From contig CBDCUI010000008.1 in assembly GCA_965222615.1 (NCBI GenBank), positions 608,001 through 672,000 of the forward strand: a DNA stretch of 64,000 nucleotides. Direction: 5' to 3'. The DNA comes from Gammaproteobacteria bacterium. Its GTDB lineage: Bacteria; Pseudomonadota; Gammaproteobacteria; UBA4575. Every line of letters begins with the position of its first letter. The first letter of the stretch is position 1. Shown piece by piece: positions 11,142-21,400 of this stretch. The position numbers were made by a program, and so were the translations under genes. Under the pieces are notes generated by a model. The model was not told the DNA's origin. It was given only the letters and a program-made list of their open reading frames with translations, and did not search any database.

Positions 11142-11417
11142 CGAGAACTAAGCCCCCATTTTATTTATGGGGTAATAAATATGGGATAGCTACTTCCCTG
11201 TAATGATGTACAAACCTAGTTGATGCACTAGTGATAGTTGCATGCTTGTTATTAATCTAAATAATTGTGATCAGACTAGATTTGTCTCATAGTATTTAAT
11301 TCACTTATTGCAAGATTTACTAAATTGAAAATCTAGTGAACTAGTTTTAAGAAAATGTGCCAAATAATAAATAGTTTGCAAATTGATTGTGAGAGAAGGA
11401 TGCCTATAGAGTTCAAT

Positions 11418-12104
11418 ATGCAACTTCATTTAATAATTACCTTAATATGTATGGTTTTGTTACCGATGTCATCTATTGCATCTGATGAAGAAAACGCAGA
11501 TGAAATACCATATTCTGAAGCCCAGTTGCTTATATTTAAACAAGCGCATTTATCTAATGTAGATAAACCTTCAATTTTAGAGTATGGATTTACCCAAACT
11601 GGCGACCAAAAATTTAAAGATGTCGTGAAAGCTAATATCACGCATGTTTATGAAGATGGAAAACGTGATTTAAGCTTTAACTTCTTATCAGGGACTAGAC
11701 AGAAAAATTTCCCTAAAATAACAGGATTTCGTGGCAATCCTTTGATTATGCTTTTTTTAGAATGGGATGTAGGCAAAATGGAAGATGTGCCAGGTATTTC
11801 AGCATCACAACATTATTTTAGAAATAAGTTAAGAATAGGGTTCTGGAAATACTGTAAAGTAGACGATGTTGAGATCTTGCATAATAAGCAAAGCTTTAAA
11901 GGCAAGCGTGTCAGTATGAGACCTTTTGCAAATAACGAAAAAGATAGGAGAATGGCGGCTGTCTTTGCGGATAAAGAATATGAAATTATTTTAGTTGATG
12001 ATATCCCAGGGCAGCTATATCAAATCAGTACAATTTTAACTTCTGATGAGAATGTAGCTATTGAGTCTACACAAATGACTTTTAATCAACTTGAATCTTT
12101 ATAG
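11418..12104 (+). CDS. Exported hypothetical protein
   Basis: Long ORF with signal peptide and GNPLIMLFLEWDV motif; start uncertain. Confidence 0.7.
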   Translation: MQLHLIITLICMVLLPMSSIASDEENADEIPYSEAQLLIFKQAHLSNVDKPSILEYGFTQTGDQKFKDVVKANITHVYEDGKRDLSFNFLSGTRQKNFPKITGFRGNPLIMLFLEWDVGKMEDVPGISASQHYFRNKLRIGFWKYCKVDDVEILHNKQSFKGKRVSMRPFANNEKDRRMAAVFADKEYEIILVDDIPGQLYQISTILTSDENVAIESTQMTFNQLESL

Positions 12105-12109
12105 AATTA

Positions 12110-12487
12110 ATGAGTACGTACAGCCAGCCCGTGAAAGTAAAAAAGACTATTTCCATTTACAAAACTCTATCCTTGTTAAGTGGTTTGTTTTTACTTTCTA
12201 GTTCTATTATGGCGAATGATTTTCCTACTCAAGCCCGAGCGGAATATGTATTTGCTTGCATGGCAGCTAATGGCCAGGACCAGATAATGCTGGCGAAATG
12301 CTCTTGTGCGATTGACGCCATCGCTAAACATATGAGTTATGATGAATATGTTGAAGCTGAAACGGTTATATCGATGAGGATGCTTGCCGGAGAACGTACG
12401 GCAATGTTTAAAGAATCTGCCTGGGCAGCGGATATCATTTCGCGCTTTAATGAAATACAGGTAGAAGCTGAAGTGGAATGTTTCTAG
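12110..12487 (+). CDS. Small exported Cys-containing protein typical of quinoprotein clusters
   Basis: Signal peptide followed by ANDFPTQARAEYVFACM..KCSCAID..ECF. Confidence 0.75.
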   Translation: MSTYSQPVKVKKTISIYKTLSLLSGLFLLSSSIMANDFPTQARAEYVFACMAANGQDQIMLAKCSCAIDAIAKHMSYDEYVEAETVISMRMLAGERTAMFKESAWAADIISRFNEIQVEAEVECF

Positions 12488-12619
12488 GCTTTTGATAATA
12501 ATTAGACTTATTCTTAGACTAGTTCTAAATCAAACAGTAAAGTTATAATATTATAAAATATTAATATTCTTTATTAATCAATCATATCAATGAGTTATAA
12601 ATTCAAAATTCATAAAATT

Positions 12620-12663
12620 CAGGAAAAATTCACATTGACGCTAAACTTGTTTTTATAGATACT
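12620..12663 (+). promoter_or_regulatory. pqqA sigma70-like promoter with upstream AGGAA-N3-TTC motif
   Basis: TTGACG 12635-12640, 17-bp spacer, GATACT 12658-12663; CAGGAAAAATTCAC immediately upstream. Confidence 0.5.
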
Positions 12664-12748
12664 GCAACTGTTATATAGCTATATTAAAAAGATATATAAC
12701 CGTATATACGAAGAACGTCATTAATACTTTACTCGAGGAGACGCAAAA

Positions 12749-12832
12749 ATGAAGAAATGGAAAAAGCCTTTAGTAGTTGAAAAATCTGTTGGGATGGAGA
12801 TCAATTGCTACGCTTGTGCAGATATCTCTTAA
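12749..12832 (+). CDS. pqqA: PQQ precursor peptide PqqA (MKKWKKPLVVEKSVGMEINCYACADIS)
   Basis: 27-codon ORF not in the ORF track; ExxxY motif (EINCY), W..P N-terminus, RBS GAGGAG. Confidence 0.95.
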   Translation: MKKWKKPLVVEKSVGMEINCYACADIS

Positions 12833-12889
12833 ATATATAGACATATATATATACTAAAACTCTCCCTGCGCTATTTGTGAGCGAAAACA

Positions 12890-13078
12890 GTGTTAATACT
12901 AGTACTGGGCTCTGCAGCAGGGGGAGAATTCCCACAGCGGAATTGCAATACTAAACTTTATCGTAGCGCTCGCTACAACAAACCTTCAGCAAAACTTTTA
13001 ACACGATTTTCCATTGCAATGTCTTTAAGTATTGAAGACTTTGCATGGCTTCATGCATTTTCGGATTTACGCCTGTAA
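12890..13078 (+). pseudogene. pqqB: Degenerate N-terminal remnant of pqqB
   Basis: VLGSAAGGEFPQRNCN..TRFSIAMS..LHAFSDLR resembles PqqB LGSAAGGGFPQWNCNC..RTQSSIAVS..NASPDLR but is eroded and stops after 62 codons. Confidence 0.85.
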
Positions 13079-13132
13079 ACTCATGCTTTGAGTGCCTTAC
13101 GTTGACTGCAATAATTGCTTACTCAAAATTCA

Positions 13133-13435
13133 ATGACAACAGCCGAATCAAAGCAAAGACCACTAATCGATGAGGAATCTATTCCACGTTTAGCTGATCA
13201 TATTAGACTTCATCATGACAAAGTTCGCGAACAATGGGTGCTGTTGGCGCCGGAACGTATATTAGAGTTAAGTGGTCCTGCAGTGGAGATCATTCAACGA
13301 TGCGATGGTATTAACTCAGTTTCGAATATTGTACTGCAATTGTGTTCTGAATATGACGCACCTCAAGAAGAAATACAGCCAGATGTTGTAGAAATGCTGC
13401 AGTCCTTGTTGGATAAACGTTTTCTACAAATATGA
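13133..13435 (+). CDS. pqqD: PqqA peptide chaperone PqqD
   Basis: DKVREQWVLLAPERIL..A.EI..RCDG motif. Confidence 0.93.
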   Translation: MTTAESKQRPLIDEESIPRLADHIRLHHDKVREQWVLLAPERILELSGPAVEIIQRCDGINSVSNIVLQLCSEYDAPQEEIQPDVVEMLQSLLDKRFLQI

Positions 13436-13463
13436 CGCTTAATTAAAGTATGAGTCCTGAAAT

Positions 13464-14600
13464 ATGAGCAATGTAGATAAAAGTATTGGATTACCACTAT
13501 CAATATTGGCGGAGTTAACGCATCGATGCCCATTACAGTGCCCTTATTGTTCTAATCCCCTGCAACTTGAAAAAGCTGATACAGAATTATCCACTGAACA
13601 GTGGATTGACATTATGCAGCAAGCGAGTGAAATGGGTATTTTGCAAATTCATTTTTCCGGTGGCGAGCCTACGTTGCGTAAAGATTTAGAAGAATTGGTT
13701 TCTGCTGCCACGAATATTGGTTTGTATGCTAATTTAATTACTTCTGGTGTAAATTTAAACGAGGAACGCATAAGTAAACTTGCAGATGCAGGTTTAGCGC
13801 ATGTGCAAGTTAGCATACAAGATAGTGAAGAAGCCTTATCTAATAAAATTGGTGGTCATCGTAACGGTCATCAACTGAAATTGGAGGCTATGCGAGCAGT
13901 TCGCAAAGTTGGTCTACCGTTAACACTGAACGCGCCATTTCATCGCCTGAATATAGAGCATCTTGAAAAAATTATTGACATGGCAGTTGAATATGATGCC
14001 TCACGCTTAGAGGTTGCACATGTGCAATATTATGGATGGGCATATCACAACCGTGCTGCATTAATGCCAACACGTTCGCAATTAGAATGGGCTACGAAAA
14101 TTGTCGAAAAGGCAATTGAAGATTTACAAGGTGTATTAGTATTCGATTATGTAGTTCCCGATTACTACGCCAAGAAACCGAAATCGTGTATGGGGGGTTG
14201 GGCTAGACAGTTTTTAAATATTACGCCTTCTGGAAAGGTGCTGCCTTGTCATGCCGCAGAAAGTATCACTGATTTAAAATTTGATCGTGTACCAGAAAAA
14301 ACACTGCGAGAAATTTGGGAACATTCTGAAGCATTTGAAAAATACCGTGGTATTGATTGGATGCCTGAAACATGTAAAACATGTGAACGCCGTGATATTG
14401 ATTGGGGGGGTTGTCGCTGCCAGGCTTTTGCTATCACCGGTAATGCGGCCAATATGGATCCGGCGTGTGAGTATTCGGATCATCATGAGTATTTGGTTAG
14501 CCTTGCAGAACTGGATTCATCAAAAAATGATACAACATTTGATTACCGTCGAATTGGTGCTTTTGATAATATTTCTATAAAAGTTATCCAAAACGCTTAA
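13464..14600 (+). CDS. pqqE: Radical SAM peptide cyclase PqqE
   Basis: LAELTHRCPLQCPYCSNP and SPASM motifs KSCMGGW, DWGGCRCQAFA. Confidence 0.97.
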   Translation: MSNVDKSIGLPLSILAELTHRCPLQCPYCSNPLQLEKADTELSTEQWIDIMQQASEMGILQIHFSGGEPTLRKDLEELVSAATNIGLYANLITSGVNLNEERISKLADAGLAHVQVSIQDSEEALSNKIGGHRNGHQLKLEAMRAVRKVGLPLTLNAPFHRLNIEHLEKIIDMAVEYDASRLEVAHVQYYGWAYHNRAALMPTRSQLEWATKIVEKAIEDLQGVLVFDYVVPDYYAKKPKSCMGGWARQFLNITPSGKVLPCHAAESITDLKFDRVPEKTLREIWEHSEAFEKYRGIDWMPETCKTCERRDIDWGGCRCQAFAITGNAANMDPACEYSDHHEYLVSLAELDSSKNDTTFDYRRIGAFDNISIKVIQNA

Positions 14601-14605
14601 TCATT

Positions 14606-15601
14606 ATGGATGATGTGACTCAGCCGTTTGCACAACAATATCTACAAGTAGACGTTAAACACACTCTATATCTAGAACAATCCGGCAATCCAACAGGTAC
14701 CCCAGTTGTATTTTTGCATGGTGGTCCCGGCAGTGGCTGTCAGCCAGGGCACCGTCATCTATTTGATCTACAACATTTTCATGTGATTGCAGTGGATCAA
14801 CGTGGTGCAGGGAAAAGTACACCTCACAGCTCACTTGTAAATAATACTACATGGGACCTGGTAGCAGATCTTGAGAAAATACGTCAGTATTTAGATATTG
14901 AAAAGTGGATGATAGTAGGTGGGTCTTGGGGAGCAACGCTTGCTTTTGCTTATGCGCAACGTCATCCCTCATTTGTCAGTGCGATTGTAGTGCGTTCATT
15001 GTTTTTAGGCACGCAAGCCGAGTTAAAACGCGCATTTATTGAAATTCCATCAATATTTTATCCAGAGCTGTATGGGAAATTTCAATCTTACATACCAAAA
15101 AATGAGCAACATGATTTATTAGCTGCTTACTACCGGCGCTTGTTACACCCAGATAAGGAGATTTCATTACCTACGATGCATATCTGGCATGACTATGAGC
15201 GTGCACTATCCCAATTAGTTTCTACATCTCCTTTCTTAGAAACCATACAACAAATTAAGGACTCCACATTTAATTATACTTTGCATTCTAAACCGAACAC
15301 ACCTTGTATAGAGGCACATTACTTTTCTCAAGACTGTTTCTTAAAGCCAAACCAGTTGTTAGATGACATGCGCATAATTTCACACATTCCTGGAGGAATT
15401 GTGCAGTCACGTTTTGATTTGTTATGCCCGCCACAAACTTCCTTCGAATTAATGCAGCATTGGAAAGAGGCTGAAATACTTTTCGTTGAAGCAGCTGGGC
15501 ACACCCAAAATGAAATGGGAGTTTTTGAGGCATTGCGTAGTCTAATAAAAAAGACTGCCGATAAAATAGAGAGTACAAGCAATATTTATTATGCTACATA
15601 A
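14606..15601 (+). CDS. pip: Prolyl aminopeptidase (S33, proline iminopeptidase)
   Basis: HGGPGSG, DQRGAGKSTP, GGSWG nucleophile elbow, RFDLLCP, AGH. Confidence 0.9.
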   Translation: MDDVTQPFAQQYLQVDVKHTLYLEQSGNPTGTPVVFLHGGPGSGCQPGHRHLFDLQHFHVIAVDQRGAGKSTPHSSLVNNTTWDLVADLEKIRQYLDIEKWMIVGGSWGATLAFAYAQRHPSFVSAIVVRSLFLGTQAELKRAFIEIPSIFYPELYGKFQSYIPKNEQHDLLAAYYRRLLHPDKEISLPTMHIWHDYERALSQLVSTSPFLETIQQIKDSTFNYTLHSKPNTPCIEAHYFSQDCFLKPNQLLDDMRIISHIPGGIVQSRFDLLCPPQTSFELMQHWKEAEILFVEAAGHTQNEMGVFEALRSLIKKTADKIESTSNIYYAT

Positions 15602-16802
15602 CACTCAACAGTTTCGTTTTATTATTTGGTCCTTTTTGTTATTTATATTATCTTTAAGTAGCTTCACTACTAGTAATGCTAAAAGTACAACGATTGAGCT
15701 TACTCAGCAAACACTGCAATATGATGGTAATACCTTTCAAGTAAACGTACCACGTGAATATAAATTAGAGTTGCTTGCAACGAACATGCAGCAGCCGCGT
15801 ATGATGCATTTCACGCGAGAGCATGAATTGCTCATTGGTTCGGGTTCAGGAAAAGTATATCGTCTACAAAGACCTTATAAAAATGCCAAACTGTTGGCAG
15901 ATGTTGGTGGTTACCCACACAGCGTGGCGGTACGTGATGGGCAAATATATATCGCCAAGACAGATGGTGTTTACCATACGAAATATTCATCAAAAAATAT
16001 TCCTATAGATAAAAAGAAATTGAAAAAACTTATTTCTTTACCAGGTGGTAGTGGTCATTCCAGTCGTACAATTAAAATTGGCCCGGATCAACGTATATAT
16101 CTCAGTCTTGGAATAAGTGGCAATTGCAGTAACCAATACATTGATCAGACATATAAAGAAAATCAGCGACGTGGTGGTGTAATGGTGTTAAATGAGTCTA
16201 GTAAATCACTACGCTGGGATCCTTATGCGACGGGTTTACGAAATCCTGTTGGTTTTGCATGGCAACCGTCTACTAATATGATGTATGTAACAAATAATGG
16301 TCCAGATCATTGGGGATACGAGTTACCACCTGAATACTTTAGCCGCGCACCTGCAGGCTCATTTCATGGTATGCCCTGGTTCCAATTTGATAACAATGAA
16401 TTGAAACGCGATAAATGTATTAAGATTGAACCTCCTCGTATGGATATTACGCTACCGGAAGTACTATTCCCGGCCCGCAGCGCACCCATGGGGTTTGCAT
16501 TTGTGTCGACTGGCGAATTAAAAAACAGTGCTCTTGTCGCTTTACATGGCTCTTGGGCTACATTACCACATGGTAAGTATATTGGTGATCCTGCTACACG
16601 CAGACCGCCAAAGCTAGTGAGAGTACGTTTCAACAACGATCACCGCGCTAAAAGTGTAGAAGATTTTATAACTGGATTTCAGCATGAGGATGGTGAGCGT
16701 TGGGCACGTCCAATAGACGTTGCCTTTGGTCCTGATGATTCGATTTATTTTACCAGTGATGCAGGCATTAATGGTTTGTTTTGCTTGCGCCCGACAAGCT
16801 AG
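15591..16802 (+). CDS. PQQ-dependent sugar/sorbosone dehydrogenase family beta-propeller
   Basis: ATGLRNPVGFAW, VALHGSW, RPIDVAFGPDDSIYFTSD. Confidence 0.85.
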   Translation: MLHNTQQFRFIIWSFLLFILSLSSFTTSNAKSTTIELTQQTLQYDGNTFQVNVPREYKLELLATNMQQPRMMHFTREHELLIGSGSGKVYRLQRPYKNAKLLADVGGYPHSVAVRDGQIYIAKTDGVYHTKYSSKNIPIDKKKLKKLISLPGGSGHSSRTIKIGPDQRIYLSLGISGNCSNQYIDQTYKENQRRGGVMVLNESSKSLRWDPYATGLRNPVGFAWQPSTNMMYVTNNGPDHWGYELPPEYFSRAPAGSFHGMPWFQFDNNELKRDKCIKIEPPRMDITLPEVLFPARSAPMGFAFVSTGELKNSALVALHGSWATLPHGKYIGDPATRRPPKLVRVRFNNDHRAKSVEDFITGFQHEDGERWARPIDVAFGPDDSIYFTSDAGINGLFCLRPTS

Positions 16803-16837
16803 GAAGTAAAAAATTAAATAATGAAGGAGTAATGTTG

Positions 16838-17368
16838 ATGATAAAAAAACTCAGTGTATTGGTAGTAATTTTCATGTGTGCAAATTTATTGTTTGCACAT
16901 GGACCGACTCGCCAAAAGGTCTCGGAAAAAATCATTATCGAGTCTTCTCCTGAAGAAGTTTGGAATGTGGTTAAGAATTTTCATGATATGAGTTGGCATC
17001 CAGCTATCGCAGAAACGACTGGTGAAGGTGGTAATGAACCCGGCGCAGCACGCACATTAACATTAGGAAATGGTGCAAAAATATTCGAAGTGTTAGAGAA
17101 ATATAATAAGGATGAAATGAAATTTTTCTATCGTATTGCAGATGTTGATGTGAGTGTGTTGCCAGTAACGAATTACTCGTCGTGGTTAATAGTGCGTGAA
17201 GCTGAAAATGATGCTACTGAAGTTGAATGGAAAGGCGCTTTTTATCGTGGTTTTCCAAATAATGATCCACCTCCTGAATTGAGTGATGAGGCTGCAGTGG
17301 AAGCGATTACAGGTGTTTATAAATCTGGTTTAGAACATCTAAAGAAATTATGTGAAGGTGATGCATAA
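16838..17368 (+). CDS. mxaD: MxaD-like SRPBCC protein
   Basis: AHGPTRQKV..WHPA..WKGAFYRG.PNNDPP motifs. Confidence 0.8.
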   Translation: MIKKLSVLVVIFMCANLLFAHGPTRQKVSEKIIIESSPEEVWNVVKNFHDMSWHPAIAETTGEGGNEPGAARTLTLGNGAKIFEVLEKYNKDEMKFFYRIADVDVSVLPVTNYSSWLIVREAENDATEVEWKGAFYRGFPNNDPPPELSDEAAVEAITGVYKSGLEHLKKLCEGDA

Positions 17369-18320
17369 AGTATTGCTTAATGTTTTAAGCTGTTTACTGG
17401 TTTTCTATGCATCGACAGTACAGGCTGTACCCTATGCATTTATTACAAATCAAGGTGCGGATTCAGTATCCGTTATTGATACACGCAGTAATACAGTAAT
17501 CAAAACATTAAAGGTAGGTAGTAAACCTGCAGGTGTAGCGGTTACTTCAAATGGTAAACGTTGTTTCATCAGTAATCCGGAAAGCAAGAGCATTTCAGTG
17601 ATTGATGGAGAATCATTGGAAGTGGTCTCCAACTTTGTTGCTGGTGCGGGACCTTTAGGAATTGCAGTAAGTCATACGGATGAATATTTGTATGTTGCTG
17701 ATTGGTATGAAGATCTTGTGCGCGTCTACACAGTACAGAACTATCAGCTTGTTGCTGAAATTAAAGTAGGGAAATCTCCTTCTGGGGTCGTCGTACATCC
17801 GAATGGTAAATTAGTGTTTACGGCAGATCGGGATAGTAATGCAGTCTCAGTTATCGATAGCGAATCATTTACACGCATAAGCCAAATACAAGTTGGTGGG
17901 CGACCATTTGGACTTGCTCTTAATAACTCCGGTGATTATCTTTTTACAGCAAATGTAGCTGACGACAGTGTCACAGTCGTTGATGTTAAGAGCATGCAAA
18001 TAATTACAACAATTCCGGTTGGCGACACACCGTATGCAATTGCAGTATCAAAAGATGACAGCCGGATTTACGTCAGTAATCAGCATGATGACACACTTAG
18101 TGTTATTGCAACAGATAACTGGCAAGAGATTGAGCGTTTAGAAATAGGTGGATTTCCTGAAGGCATACTTGTGCACCCTGATGGCAAACGAATCTACATC
18201 GCAAACTGGTTCGATAATGAAGTAGCAGTTTTGGATGTTCAATCTCTTAATATTTTGACACGTATTCGTACACAAGATGGAAGTCGTGCTTTCGGAATTT
18301 TTATTCCTGGTGGTTCTTAA
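17361..18320 (+). CDS. YVTN beta-propeller repeat protein (MxaE-like)
   Basis: Repeated VSVID..VG..P.G.A units; ends SRAFGIFI. Confidence 0.85.
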   Translation: MHKVLLNVLSCLLVFYASTVQAVPYAFITNQGADSVSVIDTRSNTVIKTLKVGSKPAGVAVTSNGKRCFISNPESKSISVIDGESLEVVSNFVAGAGPLGIAVSHTDEYLYVADWYEDLVRVYTVQNYQLVAEIKVGKSPSGVVVHPNGKLVFTADRDSNAVSVIDSESFTRISQIQVGGRPFGLALNNSGDYLFTANVADDSVTVVDVKSMQIITTIPVGDTPYAIAVSKDDSRIYVSNQHDDTLSVIATDNWQEIERLEIGGFPEGILVHPDGKRIYIANWFDNEVAVLDVQSLNILTRIRTQDGSRAFGIFIPGGS

Positions 18321-18382
18321 GTGACTAAAATTTAATTTGAGTAGTGTAGCTGCAGCAAAAAAAATAAAACAGGAAATAAAAC

Positions 18383-19297
18383 ATGCATGTACATTTGTTA
18401 GGCACAGGTGCAGGTGGTGGTTTTCCGCAATGGAACTGCAACTGTGATAATTGTAAACGTCTGCGTGCAGGCACAATTAAAAGTTCAGCGCGTACGCAAT
18501 CCTCGATTACTATTAGTGGAAATGGAGAAGATTGGGTTTTATTTAATGCTTCACCTGATATTCGGGCACAGATTGAATCTTTCCCACCACTACAGCCAGC
18601 TCGCCAGGTACGTGATACTGGAATATGTTCAATAGTATTATGTGATGCGCAAATTGATCATACAACCGGTTTAATTATCATGAGGGAACATAATAAACCC
18701 TGGGATGTTTATTGCACTGCTGCTGTTTACGAGGATATGACCACTGGTTATCCTATCTTTAATATACTAGGGCATTTTCGTGGCGTTAATTGGCATGAGA
18801 TTAAAACCGACCAATCCAGTTTTACCATCCCAAAGGCTGATGATCTTGTCTTTACTGCCGTTCCATTAAAAAGTGAAGCCCCTCCTTTTTCTCCACACAG
18901 ACACAATACTGTTCCCGGTGATAACGTCGGCTTTAAAGTTAAAGACAATAAAACAGGTAAAAATCTTTTTTACGCACCAGGCCTTGGGGTGATGGAAGAT
19001 CACGTTTTTGAATATATGCGAGATGCTGATTGCATACTCGTAGACGGAACAGTCTGGACTGATAATGAACTAGCTAAGAAAGGTATCAGTGATAAACGCG
19101 CAAAGGAAATGGGTCATCTGGATCAGTCTGGTAAAGGCGGTATTATGGAAATCTTAAGCACTCTTGAGAAGCCACGTAAGATTTTAATACATATTAACAA
19201 TACCAACCCGATACTGGATGAGGAGTCTTTAGAACATGCGCAATTGAAAGAAGCCGGGATAGAAGTATCTTACGATGGCATGGATATTATCCTTTGA
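18383..19297 (+). CDS. pqqB: PQQ biosynthesis protein PqqB (intact)
   Basis: GGGFPQWNCNC, RTQSSI, QIDHTTGL, HINNTNPILD. Confidence 0.97.
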   Translation: MHVHLLGTGAGGGFPQWNCNCDNCKRLRAGTIKSSARTQSSITISGNGEDWVLFNASPDIRAQIESFPPLQPARQVRDTGICSIVLCDAQIDHTTGLIIMREHNKPWDVYCTAAVYEDMTTGYPIFNILGHFRGVNWHEIKTDQSSFTIPKADDLVFTAVPLKSEAPPFSPHRHNTVPGDNVGFKVKDNKTGKNLFYAPGLGVMEDHVFEYMRDADCILVDGTVWTDNELAKKGISDKRAKEMGHLDQSGKGGIMEILSTLEKPRKILIHINNTNPILDEESLEHAQLKEAGIEVSYDGMDIIL

Positions 19298-19316
19298 TTA
19301 ATGAGAGGTTTTAATA

Positions 19317-20048
19317 ATGAGCGGTAATAACAATATTCCCTGGTCGAAAGAAGAATTCGAAGAAAAGCTGCGGGCGAAGTCTAAATTTTATCATCGGAAT
19401 CATGAATTCCATATCATGATGAATAATGGAGAACTCGAAAAAGAAGCAGTTCAAGGCTGGGTTGCCAATCGTTTTTATTATCAAGTTGCTATTCCTGTCA
19501 AGGATGCTGCAATCATGTCTAATTGCTGGGACCGCGATGTCCGTCGTCATTGGATACAACGCATTATTGATCATGATGGCAGCGAAGAAGATTCAGGTGG
19601 TATTGAGGCCTGGTTGGAATTAGGCGATTCTGTTGACTTGCCTCGTGAAGATTTAATAACTCATAAACATTTATTACCGGGCGTTAAATTTGCCATTGAT
19701 GCTTATGTCAATTTTGCTAGACAACAACCTTGGCAAGTTGCAGCCAGTTCATCACTAACAGAATTATTTGCACCGACGATACATAAAGATCGTATCGATA
19801 ATTGGCCAGATAAATATCCTTGGATCGACCAATCAAAAGGCTTTCGTTATTTTAAAAAACGCCTGACCGAAGCGCGTCGTGATGTTGAACGGGGTCTGGA
19901 AATTACACTAAACTATTATAAAACAAGAGAACAACAGGAAATGATGCTTAATGTTCTGCAATTCAAACTCGATGTTTTGTGGACCATGTGCGATTGTATG
20001 TGGATGGCCTATATTGAAAAGAAACCTCCTTATCATAATTGTCTGTAG
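19317..20048 (+). CDS. pqqC: PQQ synthase PqqC
   Basis: [32 protein letters not shown]. Confidence 0.97.
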   Translation: MSGNNNIPWSKEEFEEKLRAKSKFYHRNHEFHIMMNNGELEKEAVQGWVANRFYYQVAIPVKDAAIMSNCWDRDVRRHWIQRIIDHDGSEEDSGGIEAWLELGDSVDLPREDLITHKHLLPGVKFAIDAYVNFARQQPWQVAASSSLTELFAPTIHKDRIDNWPDKYPWIDQSKGFRYFKKRLTEARRDVERGLEITLNYYKTREQQEMMLNVLQFKLDVLWTMCDCMWMAYIEKKPPYHNCL

Positions 20049-20249
20049 AATAGATTAATTATGCTAAATAATGATAAAGAAGAAGTCTAAGGTCTGAGTT
20101 AGTGTAAATTGAGTGTTTGGATTAGAAGTAAGCATTTCCTGAAAGTATATTTATATGTAAAAGCATAGATTTAATCAACCAGGCACAGTAAGACACGAAC
20201 CCAAGCAGGCAAATATTCAAGAGCGTTTTTCCTCATCAGCACATCTTAT

Positions 20250-20590
20250 CTGCGCTTTACATCACGCTGAGAAGCGCAAGATATTTTCAGAGTAAGGCGA
20301 GCGGTGTTTGAGCGTAGCGAGTTTGCGATGCCGCTGGGATCATCAACGCAAGAGTAAGTGATGTTCTGCGCAATGGTTTTGGCAAGAATCGGCTATTTTA
20401 TTGGAACGCAACTTCCATGATGCGAACTCTCTCTCGTACTTCCTTGTACTCGCTATTGCCATAACAAAAGCACCTTGCTCTCGAGTGAACCTGTTGAGGA
20501 AGAGAACTGTAGTGGTGAGAGAGCGAAAACCGTATATCGCTATCTCTTACGAGCACGAATTGGCTTCTCTTTATTTGCCATGAATTGTAC
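20250..20590. repeat. Degenerate palindromic non-coding element(s), MITE/REP-like
   Basis: ACATCAC (20259) and GTGATGT (20364) inverted ends around GTTTGAGCGTAGCGAGTTT; more GC-rich than its flanks; no credible ORF. Confidence 0.35.
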
Positions 20591-20708
20591 TCGTCTCGAT
20601 TGAATCGGTCGCTGTTTGTTGGATTGAATTCATGCTGATACAATTTATACTTGGTGGTACTTGAGTATTAGATATATTTTTTAATACACATTAGCTGATA
20701 AAATTTAT

Positions 20709-21239
20709 TCAATGTTTTTCTGATTCCTCTATTCCTATCTCCCATTTCTCGGTATATGTTTCAATAATTTTTCCTGTTGTCGCGTCTACTTCTACCTTGG
20801 TTTCAATTCCATTTTTCCCAATAATATCAATCTCATAGCTGGCAGCTCCATCTGCTTCAATCTCATATTCTAATTCTTCGATGGTGCCTGGGTGAGATGC
20901 AAGCGCAGTTTTAATAGCATCTTCCTCAGTAACTTTTGCATGCTTTTTGAATGCTTGTGAGTGTGGTGATTCGACCTCTGATTCTCTTTCAAAGATTTTA
21001 CTATTTGCATCGCACATAAATTCGTACTCGAAACCGTTTGCATCTCTTAATTCAAACTCGTAGATTAATTTTCCATTTTTATCTAAAGCTTCTAGTTTGA
21101 TCAGATCACCTTCTTTTTCATTCAATATATTTTCTATACAGCCTTCAATTGCCTGATCCGAAGCAAAAGCTCCCGAAGCAAAAGTTAGAACAGGAAGTAG
21201 TGACCAAAGTACCAAAGATTTTGCTAAAGCTATTTTCAT
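20709..21239 (-). CDS. lanP: Two-PepSY-domain acidic periplasmic protein, lanpepsy (LanP)-like lanthanide binder
   Basis: Signal peptide, two PepSY repeats (YEFEL..EFMCDA; EYEIEADGAASYEIDI..KVEVDATTGKII), C-terminal EIG; xox context. Confidence 0.72.
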   Translation of the reverse strand: MKIALAKSLVLWSLLPVLTFASGAFASDQAIEGCIENILNEKEGDLIKLEALDKNGKLIYEFELRDANGFEYEFMCDANSKIFERESEVESPHSQAFKKHAKVTEEDAIKTALASHPGTIEELEYEIEADGAASYEIDIIGKNGIETKVEVDATTGKIIETYTEKWEIGIEESEKH

Positions 21240-21400
21240 GTTTTTGTCCTTCTGATAAAAAGCAATTATCTAGAATTAAAGTTTTTACTATTTTTCTTGT
21301 GTGAATTGTTTAACTTCACTAGGCTCACATATGTATAATTTTCTCAATATATGATGATTTTATGAAATTTGTTCATAAATTGTAAGATTATTTTCGTTCT

